Below are positions 10,966 to 23,265 of a stretch of DNA of 64,000 bases, in pieces (positions within the stretch are counted from its first letter, which is position 1; every line of letters starts with the position of its first letter). Below the pieces are notes generated by a model. It saw only the letters and a program-made list of their open reading frames with translations, was not told the origin of the DNA and ran no database searches. The DNA is taken from the NCBI GenBank assembly GCA_951406725.2, contig OX597817.1:110546001-110610000 (forward strand), written 5' to 3'. The position numbers were made by a program, and so were the translations under genes. This DNA is from Octopus vulgaris. Lineage: Eukaryota.

Positions 10966-11004
<39 letters not shown>

Positions 11005-11008
11005 TATA

Positions 11009-12583
11009 CAATATCTCACTGAAGTATGTGCACCCCTAAATAATTTCAGTAAAATCATCATTACAGTGATAATATCGAAGGAAATCAAATGAAATTTATA
11101 CTGAATAAAATGTATTATACAAGCAAACATAATACAAATTTGGAACACAAAACAATAAACATTTTCAAAGATAAGAATGAAATATTAATTTTCAAACGTT
11201 ACAAAAATATGTTCACCCTAAAGGAAATTTGCTATATTCAGTATTTTATCCACTTTTTTTTTATTAAATTCAGATATTGTTGATAATTCTAATTCTAATA
11301 AATTATTTCTCCTGACATTTTTGCGCAGGTCATTGATATTGCATCTGCAGGAATTCTGATTTGTGTACTGTGGTGAAAATCTTCATTGTGATTAAAATGG
11401 CACCAATAGGAAATGTCTGAAAATTTGAAGAAAACTATTTTTAATTTGCACAAAAATGGTTTAGGATACAAGTTAATTAGCAAATGAATACATATTAGCA
11501 TAAACACTGTTGCCAAAGTAATTCAGAAGTACAAAGCTACTGGACAGCTAAGTAATAAGCATCATCCAGGTCGTCCTTCTATTTTAACTACATGTGATAT
11601 TCACCACATCTAACATTGTGCTTCATTTTCGGCCTAAGAATTGTCTTCTGTTAGTGCAAATACTGTATCCACCCAAACAGTTTGATGAAGTTTGAACCAG
11701 TGTGGTCTTCATGGACACATTCCTCATAGGAAACCTCTCCTCACTACCAAACATAAATCAAGTTGTTTTACTTTTGCCGAAACTATGTGAGTTAGGGGAA
11801 GGAGTTTCGAAATAAAATTCTTGTTTCTGACTAGACTAAAATCAATTTGTTTGGGTCAGATGTTATTAAATGAGTATGACGACGGCCAGGAGAAGATAAT
11901 AGCAACAAATGCACTATGCCTACCATGAGACATGGCAGTAGAAGTGTTATGTTTTGGGGATGCATGAGTGCAGCCAGTGTAGGAAGACTCACATTTATTG
12001 AGAACTGTGGATTCAAGGCTTTATTGTGACATATTGAAAAGCATCAAGGAACTATGAAGACATTCCATGTTTCAACATGATAATGACCCTAGACACACTT
12101 CAAAGATGACAACTAAGTTTTTATCAGATAAAAAGGTAAAAGTATTGCCTTGGTCTACTATGTCACCTGATTTAAACACAATAGAACATCTGTGGAGTGT
12201 TTTGAAAAGGAAGGTTGAGGAGAAAAAAACTCCACAATGTAACACAGCTGAAAGACATCATTCAGGATGAATAGAGGTCAATTTCATCGGTTATGTGTCG
12301 AAATTTAATCAACTCTATGTCCAGAAGACTTAATGCAATCATTGAAAGCAAGGGCGGTCACACCAAATAATCCTTTAGGATATGCATATTTTTGTATCGT
12401 TGGAAAATTAATATTTCGTTCATATCTTTGAAAATGTTTATTGTTTTGTGTTCCAAATTTGTATAATGTTTGTATAATATATTTTATTCAATATAAATTT
12501 CATTTGATTTCCTTCAATATTATCAGAGTAATGGCAATTTTACTGGAATGTTTTGGGGGTGTACATACTTCTGTGAGATACTA
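11009..12583 (+). mobile_element. Tc1-family (DD34E) DNA transposon with ~215-bp TIRs
   Basis: TA|CAATATCTCACTGAAGTATGTGCACCCC ... GGGGTGTACATACTTCTGTGAGATACTA|TA. The long inverted repeats span about 11009-11226 and 12371-12583. Confidence 0.93.
11397..12370 (+). pseudogene. Tc1 transposase pseudogene
   Basis: FQHDNDPRH...WSTMSPDLNTIEHLW has 34 residues between D and E, and the frame ends GGHTK*. Several stops and frameshifts. Confidence 0.9.
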
Positions 12584-12988
12584 TATGTGTATGTATGAAC
12601 TTAAATTTTCATCTTACAGCAACAATTTAAATCATAATATAAATGTCTTCTTGAATTTCTTCAACAGAATATACATGCTAAATGGAATTTTTATTCAATT
12701 ACTAGACTAGTGTGAATTAAAATGAGAGACACTGGTTTAGCCCAATTCAATATTTTCATATTAGTTATTTATAAGAAAATGATTTCATAGTGTGTAATAT
12801 CCTTTTTTTAATTTTTTTTTTTTTGCTTTTTTTGCTCTGCATATTGTATATATCATTATTGATTTCTCACTTCCATCTTACTTTATTAGGGTAGTGAAGT
12901 GACAAAAATAGCTGAGGGTTGGACCAAATGCCTAGAAGTATTTAAGCAGGTTTTTTTATATTCTTTGTTCTAATCCTGATAGTGTTTA

Positions 12989-14277
12989 CCATAGAAACCC
13001 ATGTAATTTGCGCACCTGTGTAATTTATGCAGGTGATTTTCAGAATAAAATTTGTTAGAAAAAGCTCTGTCTTGTGTAAAATTTGCACACAAAAGTTTTC
13101 AGAATTGCCAATATAGCCAGGGGAAAAATTCTTTCAATTTAGTTGTATTTAGCATAATTTCACTTACTTATGATTAGCTTTTATTAAATTTTCATTAAAT
13201 AAAAATACTTTCTCTGTAACAGATATCACATTGAAAGCTACTAAATTACAAAGTGTTTGTGTTTATAATGAACTTTATTTTACATTTCTTGCCCACAAGA
13301 GATTATGTCTGATCTTTTGCATACTGCTGTATGTGTTCTCAAATCACTATAACAGGAAAGTTGTTGATAAGAATTATCAATGAAAACAAAGCTGATAAAT
13401 ACATACAGGTGTTGCAAATAAAGTTTAATTACCAATAAACATCAGCTTGGATGACACTTTACTCAACCGACAGAGGAAGGTGACTGATCAAACTGATTAT
13501 GTAAACAGAATTCTTTTCTGCCTATTCTTGTCAGAACCTTTGATATGGAGTATAGAAATTTTAATCTGTTTCACACTTATAAAATGTCAAGCAAACTTAA
13601 AAATTTGTCATTACTGTTGTTTACAGTATGGGCAGGACTTATGAATTGTTTACTGTGAAGGAGAAATTAAGTATGCTGAATATGCATTTGAACATGGCAA
13701 TAGAGCTGCCGGAAAGCATTTTAATGTTAATGACACCAATGTTTGAAATTGGCGTAAACAATACAACAAACTTAAAATAGTGCCTAGTAATAAACTGACC
13801 AAAATAAAAACATACAATCAAGGTTATCCTATCACTACATTTTTTCCAGTCAGGAATATCCATATCCCTGTATGTCAATGTATGTATGTATGTATGTCAT
13901 TGCGATAGGTAGAAACACCAAGCAATATAAAATATGGCCCAGACCGTGTTTACCAGCATGAATATCAAACTTGAAAAAGTAGTTAACCATTTAATGGTTT
14001 CAGTAAATTTATACTGTAAAAGTAAGCATTATACCATCCAGCATAAATATACATCAACTTCATTATATTTGAGCCATTATTTTTTTCTGTAAAAATCTAT
14101 TCTGACATTAAATGAGTCAACTTCCAGTATGAATGTTTATGTTTTGTGTGTCTTTTTTCAACAAAAAAGTTTCAAAAGAAATTCTGGAAATGATCTACTC
14201 ATGTAATTCACGCACCCCCTAAAGTTTATTTTTATTTTTGCGAAAAAAAAGTGCATAAATTACATGGGTTTTTATGG
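12989..14277 (+). mobile_element. pogo/Tc2-like non-autonomous DNA transposon nested in a Meta-domain SINE
   Basis: TA|CCATAGAAACCCATGTAATTTGCGCAC ... GTGCATAAATTACATGGGTTTTTATGG|TA. An HTH remnant EYAFEHGNRAAGKHFNVNDTNV*NWRKQ lies at 13678-13761. The flank resumes CTTAGCCTTTCATCC (Meta domain). Confidence 0.85.
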
Positions 14278-14489
14278 TACTTAGCCTTTCATCCTTCAAG
14301 GATTTACACAATTCTTTCTACATTTATCCTATTAATTTGTGACCAAATTTGGCAATCAATATTATAAACAGTTAATACCACAAATGATAAATTTCAAATA
14401 CAACACTTATATCTTAAAGGGTGAAACTTCTTGTTGCCTGGACTCACTTCAGTCCTGATTGAGCAGTTCTATGAAAAATGCTTTCCAAG

Positions 14490-14870
14490 TAGGTGCAGAC
14501 ATGTCAGTGTGGTAAGAAGCTTACCTCCTAACCTCATAGTTTCGGGTTCAGTCCCACTGCATGACACCTTGCACAGGTGTTTTTCTAACCCTGGGTTGAC
14601 CAAAGCCTTTTGAGTGGATTTGGTTGGTAGACAGTAAATGAAAGAAGCCCATTATGTATGTGTGTGTTTGTGTTTGTCTCCCACCCTACCCACTGCTTGA
14701 CAACTTGTATTAGTTTGTTTATGTACCCATAACTTAGTGGTTCAGCAATAAGAAACCAATAGAATAACTACCAGACTTTAAAATAAGTACTAGAGTGGAT
14801 TTGTTCAACTGAATCCTCCAGGGCAGTGCCCTAGCATGGCTGCTGTCCAATGAGTGAAAGAAGTAAAAGG
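14490..14870 (+). mobile_element. CORE-type SINE (OR-like)
   Basis: GTGTGGTAAGAAGC...GGGTTCAGTCCCACTGC head plus the family tail. Confidence 0.85.
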
Positions 14871-14872
14871 TA

Positions 14873-15509
14873 ACTAGAAAAGCACTCGTAGAGCGCAGAC
14901 CTCCGCCAAGCTGCTCATTTCCACCCATATACACACATGCTAAAAATCGCCCAATTTCCCAAACCAACACCGGCAAAAACATAACCTCCTTGGTGGGGTT
15001 AAAAAAAAAATAATACAGCTATATGATTTAAAAAAACAAAACCTTTAAAAACAGCAATCATCTGAAGCAGTTATAGTACATCAATGACAACAGCAAGCTA
15101 GTTTCACCATACGACTAAAAAAAAACAACAATTACCTAAAACTTGAGTGATACACACACAATGCGAGTAACATTACTAATAGAGAAACGAAAATAAACTT
15201 TGGAAACAGCAACGCCACCATAGGTTACGTTGAAACAATGAATGTGTTTTCAAGGGAGATAATCAAAGAACATAACATTGTAATACTTCATGTAAAGTAA
15301 ATATAACAAATGAAAAATCCTTCAAGAATCCATAACTATTCCTGGATCACTACCAAAATTTTATCATCTGTTCCTTGTGTCATTAACAACTTTTCCTGCA
15401 AGTTTCATCAAATACCGTTCACAACTTTTTGAGTTATTTTGCACATAGACAGACTGATGGACAAACCAATGCCAATGAAAACATAACCTCCTTCCTTGGT
15501 GGAGGTAAT
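14873..15509 (+). mobile_element. DINE-1/HINE-like (Helentron-associated) non-autonomous element
   Basis: One end reads ACTAGAAAAGCACTC..CCTCCGCCAAG. The complementary subTIR/hairpin AACATAACCTCC..TTGGTGGAGGTAA occurs at the other end and also at ~14978-15000, with a GACA-like repeat before the terminal copy. Confidence 0.7.
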
Positions 15510-15950
15510 AAATTTCATGTCTATACCAGGAACAGTGTATTCATAACCACATAATCCAATGTGTACTACTTTTCTAAAACAGGGAATGATTCAAGGGAGA
15601 TTTGGCTGCTATTTCTGTAGAACAAGAATGGATAACCTTTTTTGTGAAACAGGCTGCATAAAATATGGCTTATCATCAGGTGTGCCACAATGCTAAAAGC
15701 ATTCTAGATAATTTTTTTGTTGGCATGCTATTCATCAAGTCCCACAAACTGCGGTTTGTCCATGACTGCTGTAGAGACTCCCTTTTTGGCTCGAGCTGGT
15801 GTAGTGTGTAGCTAGATGATCTCTGGAAACACAAATTTTTATTTTCTAGAGGATTAACTTCTCAATTTTTACAAAAAAACTCTCTGTACTGAAAAGTTTG
15901 TTAGAATGCAGAGTATTCTAATCACTCTTAGAGAAGCTAAACATGTACAT

Positions 15951-16360
15951 AGGCGCAGGAGTGGCTGTGTGGTAAGTAGCTTGTCTACCAACCACATGGT
16001 TCCGGGTTCAGTCCCACTGCGTGGCACCTTGGGCAAGTGTCTTCTACTATAGCCTCGGGCCGACCAAAGCCTTGTGAGAGGATTTGGTAGACGGAAACTG
16101 AAAGCAGCCCGTCGTATATATGTGTATATATATATATATGCATGTGTGTGTTTGTGTGTCTGTTTGTCCCCTAGCATTGCTTGACAACCGATGCTGGTGT
16201 GTTTATGTCCCCGTTACTTAGCGGTTCGGCAAAAGAGACCGATAGAATAAGTACTGGGCTTACAAAAGAATAAGTCCCGGGGTCGATTTGCTCGATTAAA
16301 GGCGGTGCTCCAGCATGGCCGTAGTCAAATGACTGAAACAAGTAAAAGAGTAAAGAGAGT
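15951..16360 (+). mobile_element. Full-length tRNA-derived CORE-type SINE (OR-like), young copy
   Basis: A box TGGCTGTGTGG, B box GGTTCAGTCCC, CORE-like ACCTTGGGCAAGTG, an internal microsatellite and a (GTAAAAGA)n tail. CpGs are retained. Confidence 0.92.
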
Positions 16361-17656
16361 ACTCACTAAAAGGGCACACAGCCATTTTTATCAAAAATCC
16401 ATTGTGTAGTTCATTAATACATGTTACCAACACTTATGCAAGTTAAGACAAATTCAGATCTATTGGTATTTGTGTATAGTATAAACAGTTATAAACTACT
16501 ATTCTCTCTCTGTTTTTGAGAAAATGAATAATTGACCTCTGAAGGAGAGGAAGAAGACACTGGAAGTAGTTGGGCCATTCTCATTTTCCTGGTCAGAGAG
16601 GGGAAAAAATACATATAGTTTAGCCACAATATCTACTTCTCACTGCAAGGTTAAATTTCTTTTTACTTACTGAGAATATACACTAATAAACCTACTTTAC
16701 AGTTCTGTTTATCCTTCCCAGTTACCAAAAAAAAAAAAAGATTATGTGTGGTGCATCTATTAATCAATTCCAACATAAACTCCCTTACTTACGCAATGAC
16801 AGCCAAAGCCAAAATGATAAATAAGAAATTTGAGATTTTGAAAATATCCTCTTACTTTTACAAGTCCAATTAAAATATACACACAAGTTTAAGAAAACAG
16901 TGAAATGTTTTCGTCTTGTAAGATGTTACATATCTCATGCATATTGCCTGCGCCAAATTAAATGCCTTTAATGCACTCGTTAAAGAAGGTACATGATTAA
17001 TTGGAAAGTATCTTTATGGAAATTTCCACTTGCACTGAATAACTGGCTATTAATGGTTAAAAATGTTGAGCACATGTCAGTGTCCTGATATTCATCTTTT
17101 TCAAGTTTGCAGTTAACTACTCCTCCCACCTGTATCTCTATTAATGTTTATGGTTTGGGGATGGGATTTGGTAATTCATTAATAAATATACTAGCAAATA
17201 TAAAGGAAGTCTCTTTTTAACTTCTTTCTTTAGCATCCTGTTTTCTGTTAGAACCAGCCCCCAAAGGGTGTTGATAGTTCATTTCAGTGTTTCATAATGC
17301 TATTAAAAATAAGATAAATATATTTTAACTGTGTGAAAAAATTATATATCATCCAAATGCTTTGTTAGATTTACTTCTGTTTTGAAAAATGGCCTAAGTT
17401 TGTGTATTTTCCAAGTATAAAGTACACAAGCTCCTATATATGTAGATGTATGAAATATAATTTGCAACATGACAGAAGCTACTACTGAAATGATTTCTTC
17501 AACTATTGTTTTGACATATGTATTTGGTCTTTTTACTCTACTTAAAATTTTCTCCTACTTCATTTTGTAACTGTCACTTCTTTAGCTCTGAGTTTCAGTT
17601 GTTAGAAAAATTTATGACCAATTTCTGAAGGGATTCAAATGATGTAACGTATTTAG

Positions 17657-17865
17657 CTCTTTAGCATTTAAACTGGCCATATCCAGATCAAATATTCTAC
17701 CTGTTTTATGTTTAAACTGACCAGATCTGGCCTATCACACCTACCTTACAATGTCATTCTAAAACTAAATAATCATGTCATCAATATCTTGAATGATTAA
17801 TTCAATTCAAAATAAAGTGAATAAATAATCATTACATTTGACAGAGTAATCTGAATGCTAAATGG
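17657..17865. mobile_element. TTAA-type (piggyBac-like) MITE, decayed
   Basis: Termini CTCTTTAGCATTTA...TGAATGCTAAATGG. A partial, opposite-orientation sister copy starts TTAACCCTTTAGCATT at ~50422. Confidence 0.6.
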
Positions 17866-18150
17866 TTCAGTTATGAAAAAAGTTAAGAAGTGATGTAGTG
17901 AATGATGTATGCAAAAAACTTTTAGTTAATTGAAATTTCCCTTAGTTGGAGAAAAATACAAAACCTAGTAGTAACAATTTGTAACTCTAAAAGAAAGGGG
18001 GAAATAATTTCATGAAATTTACATGCTTAAGAGAAAATCTGATCTTGACTTGAAGGCAAAGGAACAAAGAAGGACTTGTTTTAGTCTTATTGGTCAGTTG
18101 AAAGAAATTTTTCCATATAATGAATTATGAAGTTTTTGCACATACGAGGT

Positions 18151-18906
18151 TGTAACAGTTAAGTTTTTAGTTGAAGTCGAGGGTCACCAGCTTGTAATCA
18201 ATGAAAGATTATTTTTGTATCGGTTGAAATTAAATTGTAATAACACGTGAAATGTAAAAGATGAACAATGCATGAAGTTTTAAAGAAATGTTTATTTTTA
18301 CTCATTACATTATACAATACCTTACCTTGACAGGCAGGTGATAAAATCGTAAAGCATGCAAAGTGAGGATAGATGTAGAGTTTGTGTTTGTGTTCTTGTC
18401 ATTGTGTAGTAGTGGTTGCAGAGAGTGATAGAATCGTGTTGGAAGAAAACAGAATTAGAGCTAGTGAGAGTGAGAGAGTGTGGGACAAAACAACTACTTC
18501 ATTGGTGAGGTACCAAAGTTGTTCTAGCCAGTCAGCCAGACTCCGTTCTCGCTAACTGAGTTGTCACCAAAGTGACTAACTCTTGAGTTGCAACAAGTGA
18601 CTGGCTGTCTTTTACTTGCAGGTTCTTGTTTTTAACTATCCAGAAGGATGGTCATATCGTTGAGAACAATGGACTTCATTGGTGGTACTGTGATTTCTCT
18701 ATTCTAGCTTTTGGTGAAGTAGAGGAGGTTATAAGGGTCAAGTGGTGAAGACATTATTTCGGCCTAGCTAAAGGCAATCTGGCAAATGTAAAACTGCTGT
18801 CACAGAAAAAACCATTGTTCCACCATGAGAAAAATTCTGTTGAACTGTTAATTTAAATTTGGCTATGGTGGATCAAATCCACTTCATGCTTGCAAGATTC
18901 ACTACA
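18151..18906 (-). mobile_element. Solo LTR (Gypsy-like, 4-bp TSD)
   Basis: AGGT|TGTAAC...CACTACA|AGGT gives TG..CA termini with an exact 4-bp duplication. AATAAA is on the minus strand at ~18291. Confidence 0.8.
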
Positions 18907-19186
18907 AGGTGATACACTGAATGATCTAAGTAAAAAATACTTAAGTTAACAGATCCTTACTATTAGGAGTTAGTTCTGTTTTTGCAATTACTATCAGTCT
19001 GGTTTTTGACATATGTTGTTAAATTATGGCTAAGATGTTTTATTTGTTTATGAACCCAAAGTAGAAACATTCTAATTTTGTGTGTGTATTCCAGAACAGG
19101 AGCATAAATTTTTATAAATGACCATATTATTGCTTTAAAAGTTGACATAAACATGTTTTTTTTTTAAAACAGCCCAAATTAAATTT

Positions 19187-19810
19187 GCAGGAGTGGCTGT
19201 GTGGTAAGTAGCTTGTTTACAAACCACATGTTTCCGTGTTCAGTCCTACTGTGTGACATCTTAGGCAAGTGTCTTCTACTATAGCCTTGGGCCAACCAAA
19301 GCCTTGTGAGTGGATTTGGTAAACAGAAACTGAAAGAAGCCTGTCGTATATATGTATATATATATATATATGCATGTGTGTATATGTTTGTGTGTCTGTG
19401 TTTGTACCCCCAACATTGCTTGACAACCGATGCTGGTGTGTTTACGTCCCCGTAACTTAGCGGTTCGGCAAAAGAGACCGATAGAATAAGTACTAGGCTT
19501 ACAAAGAATAAGTCCTGGGATTGATTTGCTCGACTAAAGGTGGTGCTCCAGCATGGCCACAGTCACATGACTGAAACAAGTAAAAGAGTATATGTGTGTG
19601 TGTATGTTTGTGTGTCTGTGTTTGTCCCCCCAACATCGCTTGACAACTGATGCTGGTGTGTTTACGTCCCCGTAACTTAGTGGTTTGGCAAAAGAGACCG
19701 ATAGAATAAGTACTAGGCTTCCAAAGAATAAGTCCCGGGGTCGATTTACTCTCCTAAAGGCGGTGCTCCAGCATGGCCACAGTCAAATGACTGAAACAAG
19801 TAAAAGAGTA
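19187..19810 (+). mobile_element. CORE-type SINE with tandemly duplicated 3' half
   Basis: One head followed by two ~220-bp 3' bodies (about 19370-19590 and 19590-19810). Confidence 0.88.
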
Positions 19811-19994
19811 ATAAGAATCTAAATTTAAAAAATAGATATGTAAATAACTTCTGAATCTTGAACCTCTCCTTGTCTCAATAGCTTTAAGTAAAAATGAAAA
19901 TGGAGACTCTCATCTGTATTTGATTTATACAGCAAAGTTATAGTCATCATCTATCAATGTGTATCAAGCATGACAATGGAAACATCATGTATCT

Positions 19995-20707
19995 TGTAAA
20001 TAACCTGTTGTGAGCTGTTTTTGTTAGCTGGTCTGTGGTGATGACTGGTTGAGTTGATGAATGGAAATGTGTTTCTTGGGCTGCGTGAAGAAGTAACTGA
20101 CAACACCTGCAAACAATTAACAGAAAATTTTATTATTATACATTGAATTTGGTCTTTTACAAATAATAACAATAATTACATAGTAGGAGAGACATACTGC
20201 TTGGAGTTTACAACAAGCATACTGATACAGTAATCTGTGGCTGGCCCACTATAGCTGGAAACAATTGCACTATATTCATGGCGACAGAGATTCCTGTTGA
20301 CTATCTGCCATCTTTCTTAACTGTCTGGTTGTGGCAAGAATGGAGACACAACATACAGCTGCCTCAACATTCTGCAAAGCAAGAGATGAGATGTGTGAAT
20401 GAGTTGGCTGGTCTCAACACTCTACAAAGAGTTTAGGCACCAAAAGTTGTTTTTTATAGGGTACAAAGAGATAATTCTAGAAGATTGACTCATGCAGTAG
20501 CTTGACACGGATTGGTTGCTTAATAGACTAATCACGTGAAACTATTGTGGTTTGGGTTCATGATGCATGATCACTTACCTAATGGTTTGGTTTCAAATCA
20601 CCACTACAAACTTTTATGTGGTATTGTTTCGTTATTATACCTTTCAAAGCTAATAATGCCTGGAGTCACTGCCCTTCACAGGAATATTGTGGCTGTTGGG
20701 GTTTACA
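19995..20707 (-). mobile_element. Possible solo LTR
   Basis: TGTAAA...TTTACA termini. On the minus strand, CCAAT (~20511), TATAAAA (~20455) and AATAAA (~20130) occur in U3-R order. No TSD is visible. Confidence 0.45.
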
Positions 20708-21708
20708 CTTTCATCCGCCTTTAATTGCAAGTAGCTCTAAGAAGATTTATTTGAGTCTTTACTGTTGTCTCTTGCATGTAGAAGTTTAAATGCGCAGGTC
20801 TCTGATATCCAAATGTCAGCAGAAGGGCACTCAGGAGCCATGACCTGGATGCAGCCCGGCCCTTTACAGTGTAAGAGGTTAAGGGCCAAAACACTTGCCT
20901 GAGGTGGGTTTCTTCGCTGAAGATCTGCTGTTCAGCTCTCTTGAGAGTTTCATACCACTTAATGAGTCAATGAGTGAGCATATACATGGTTCTATAATTC
21001 ACAACAAATAGCAGCCAAATCCCCTTTAAACCATACCCTATGCTCTTAAAAATGGCTAAGACATATTGAATAAGGTAGTCTTAGTATATTATGCCTTAAA
21101 ACACAACAGATGGTCTTGGCTACAATGTTTTTGACCTCAGACCTTAATCAGTATTGACCTGGAGTTAAACAACAACAATAATTAATATATTTGTATACTA
21201 GATTTGTATGTATTGACTATATTATGCATATTGTGCATATCCATGGTTTAGAACAGGTTACCATGTCCCTACATATCATAAGAGATGACTAAAAGTTTGG
21301 TAACAGGAAGAGCATACAGCTATAAAATATCAAGAAAACCATTCAACCTATGCCGGCATGAAAAAGTAGATGTAAAACATGAACAAATAGTACATCTTTG
21401 TACTATTTATATTTAAAAAGATAATTATACAAACCTACAAAGAAACCTGTATGTGATTGTTTTATAAGCCATAAAGTACAGCCAATTTCTCTCAAATCAC
21501 ACACCACAGTCTTAAAAAGAAGCACACCTTTTAGTCCAAGGTAAACCAGGTGTGAGGAAAGGGAATGGTCATGACTGGAAAACCTCATTCATAGGACTGC
21601 TTAATTAAGGCTGACCTGAGGTTAAATATGAACAACAACTATACAAGTATATGTTACACATGATATACAAAGGACACTATGGGAGACACTTAGCCATAGA
21701 TACTTTGT

Positions 21709-21835
21709 ATGCTATTATATTATATTGTATTATATTATATATCATCATCATCATCATCATCATTTAACGTCCGTTAAATGATGATGATGATGATGATGAT
21801 GATATATAATATAATACAATATAATATAATAGCAT
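21709..21835. repeat. Near-perfect hairpin palindrome centred on an RTE-tail stub
   Basis: ATGCTATTATATT...(ATC)7ATTTAACG-TC-CGTTAAAT(GAT)8...AATATAATAGCAT. Confidence 0.92.
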
Positions 21836-21927
21836 GTGTGAGTATATGTGTGTAAAACAGCAGCAAGTAAAGAAACTTGGATAACTATTAGTGATGTTTC
21901 TTTATTAAGTTTCTTGCATGTCATATA

Positions 21928-22322
21928 CTAGCAGTATTGCCCGGCGTTGCTCGGGTTTGTAAGGGAAATAACTATATAAGCATTTTTAGAGAGTTATAGC
22001 CAAAAATAGCAAAAAAATGCATTAAAAATGGAAAGAAAATTATGGTAAATTTTTTTTTAAATCGTTGACTCATCGTAGACATTTTTAGAGAGTTACTTCC
22101 CTTATATAATAGCGAAAAAATGCATTAAAATGGAAAAAAAATGATGGTAAATTATTTTTTAAATCGTAGACTCATCATAGACGCGTGCTAATACCCAGAA
22201 GGGCTTAATATGAATCACGACTATAAGATACCCGCTTTTGGTTACACTGCACCGCAAATTGTGGGAGTAAGGAATCTAAATCGTAGGAGACAGACACACA
22301 ACTTCACTTTTATATATAAAGA
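21928..22322 (-). mobile_element. Non-autonomous Helitron
   Basis: Minus strand begins A|TCTTTATATATAAAAG and ends with the CCCGAGCAACGCCGGG hairpin then CTAG|T. Sister copy at 53669-54174. Confidence 0.88.
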
Positions 22323-22754
22323 TAACTGTGTGTCTGTATGTGGGTATGCATACATGGCTATCTATTTAAGAAGTTCACTTACCAGCAAGATGGTTTTGGT
22401 TTCAGTCCCACTACATGATACTTTGGGCATGTGTTTCTATTAGTCCCTGACTGACCAAAGTCTTGTTAATGGATTTGATAGATGGACACTGACTTGATTT
22501 CTTGTCATGTATATGTGTGTCCTTGTTTTGACATAACCAGATAGTCAATTAGTCATAGTCTGATAGTCATAACCTGATACGAATGGTGTTGCATTTTACT
22601 AATCTTTTGTGAAATCATTTCTGGCCTTGGAGAAATATTACCTTACTTGGACACCAGTGAGGGTTTCTAACAGGAAGAGCTACTGACTGTTAAAAATTTG
22701 TCTTAAAGAATTTTATTTGATCAATACAAGCATGGAAAGAGTGGAGGTAACATG

Positions 22755-22786
<32 letters not shown>

Positions 22787-22882
22787 CTACTAATATAGGA
22801 TGAAGTTTTTTTACAGAAAAAAATTTCATCAAAAAGTGGCAGCATATTAAAATACCTTTAAAGGTTAAAATTATAAACAACT

Positions 22883-23060
22883 TATAAACAGGGGCAAAAG
22901 GAAAATTATTTCCATGCCAATATGCTAATAACAGACTTTTAAATCGTCAATTTCCACATATTATTATATACCCAAATAATAATATGTGGAAATTGACAAT
23001 TTAAAAGTCTGTTATCAACATATTGGCATGGAAATAATTTTCCTTTTGCCCTTGTATATA
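22883..23060. repeat. ~85-bp-arm fold-back within a (TA)n-flanked insert
   Basis: GGGCAAAAGGAAAATTATTTCCATGCCAATATG...CACATATTATTA is mirrored by TAATAATATGTG...CATATTGGCATGGAAATAATTTTCCTTTTGCCC with only a few mismatches. Confidence 0.9.
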
Positions 23061-23069
23061 TATATATAA

Positions 23070-23265
23070 GATGCCGTGTAAAAAGCATTAGTGTGGGTGC
23101 TGGTGCCGCATAAAAAGCATCCAGTACACTCTGTAGAGTGACTAGCATTAGAAAGGGCATCCAGCCATAGAAACCAAGCCAATCTGGTGCAGCCCCTGAC
23201 CTGGCCAGTTCTTATCAAACATGGAAAATGGACGTTAAATGTTGTTGTTGATGATGATGATGATA
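23070..23265 (+). mobile_element. RTE-type 3' tail fragment
   Basis: GTAAAAAGCA...GAAAGGGCATCCAGCCATAGAAAC...GGACGTTAAATG..(GAT)n. Confidence 0.8.

Larger units (their letters stand above)
9919..10970. mobile_element. Non-coding ~361-bp hammerhead-bearing repeat (retrozyme / Penelope pseudo-LTR-like) in tandem plus inverted arrangement
   Basis: 9919-10337 holds about 1.15 units on the minus strand (period 362: 9919/10281). 10335-10970 holds about 1.75 units on the plus strand (period 361: 10340/10701). Copies are nearly identical, both ends run into (TA)n, and there is one HHR motif per unit. Confidence 0.85.

Noticed and set aside
15951-16020. tRNA-like A/B boxes
   Set aside because: This is a SINE head that continues into CORE and tail domains. 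There is no complete cloverleaf, so no tRNA gene is called.
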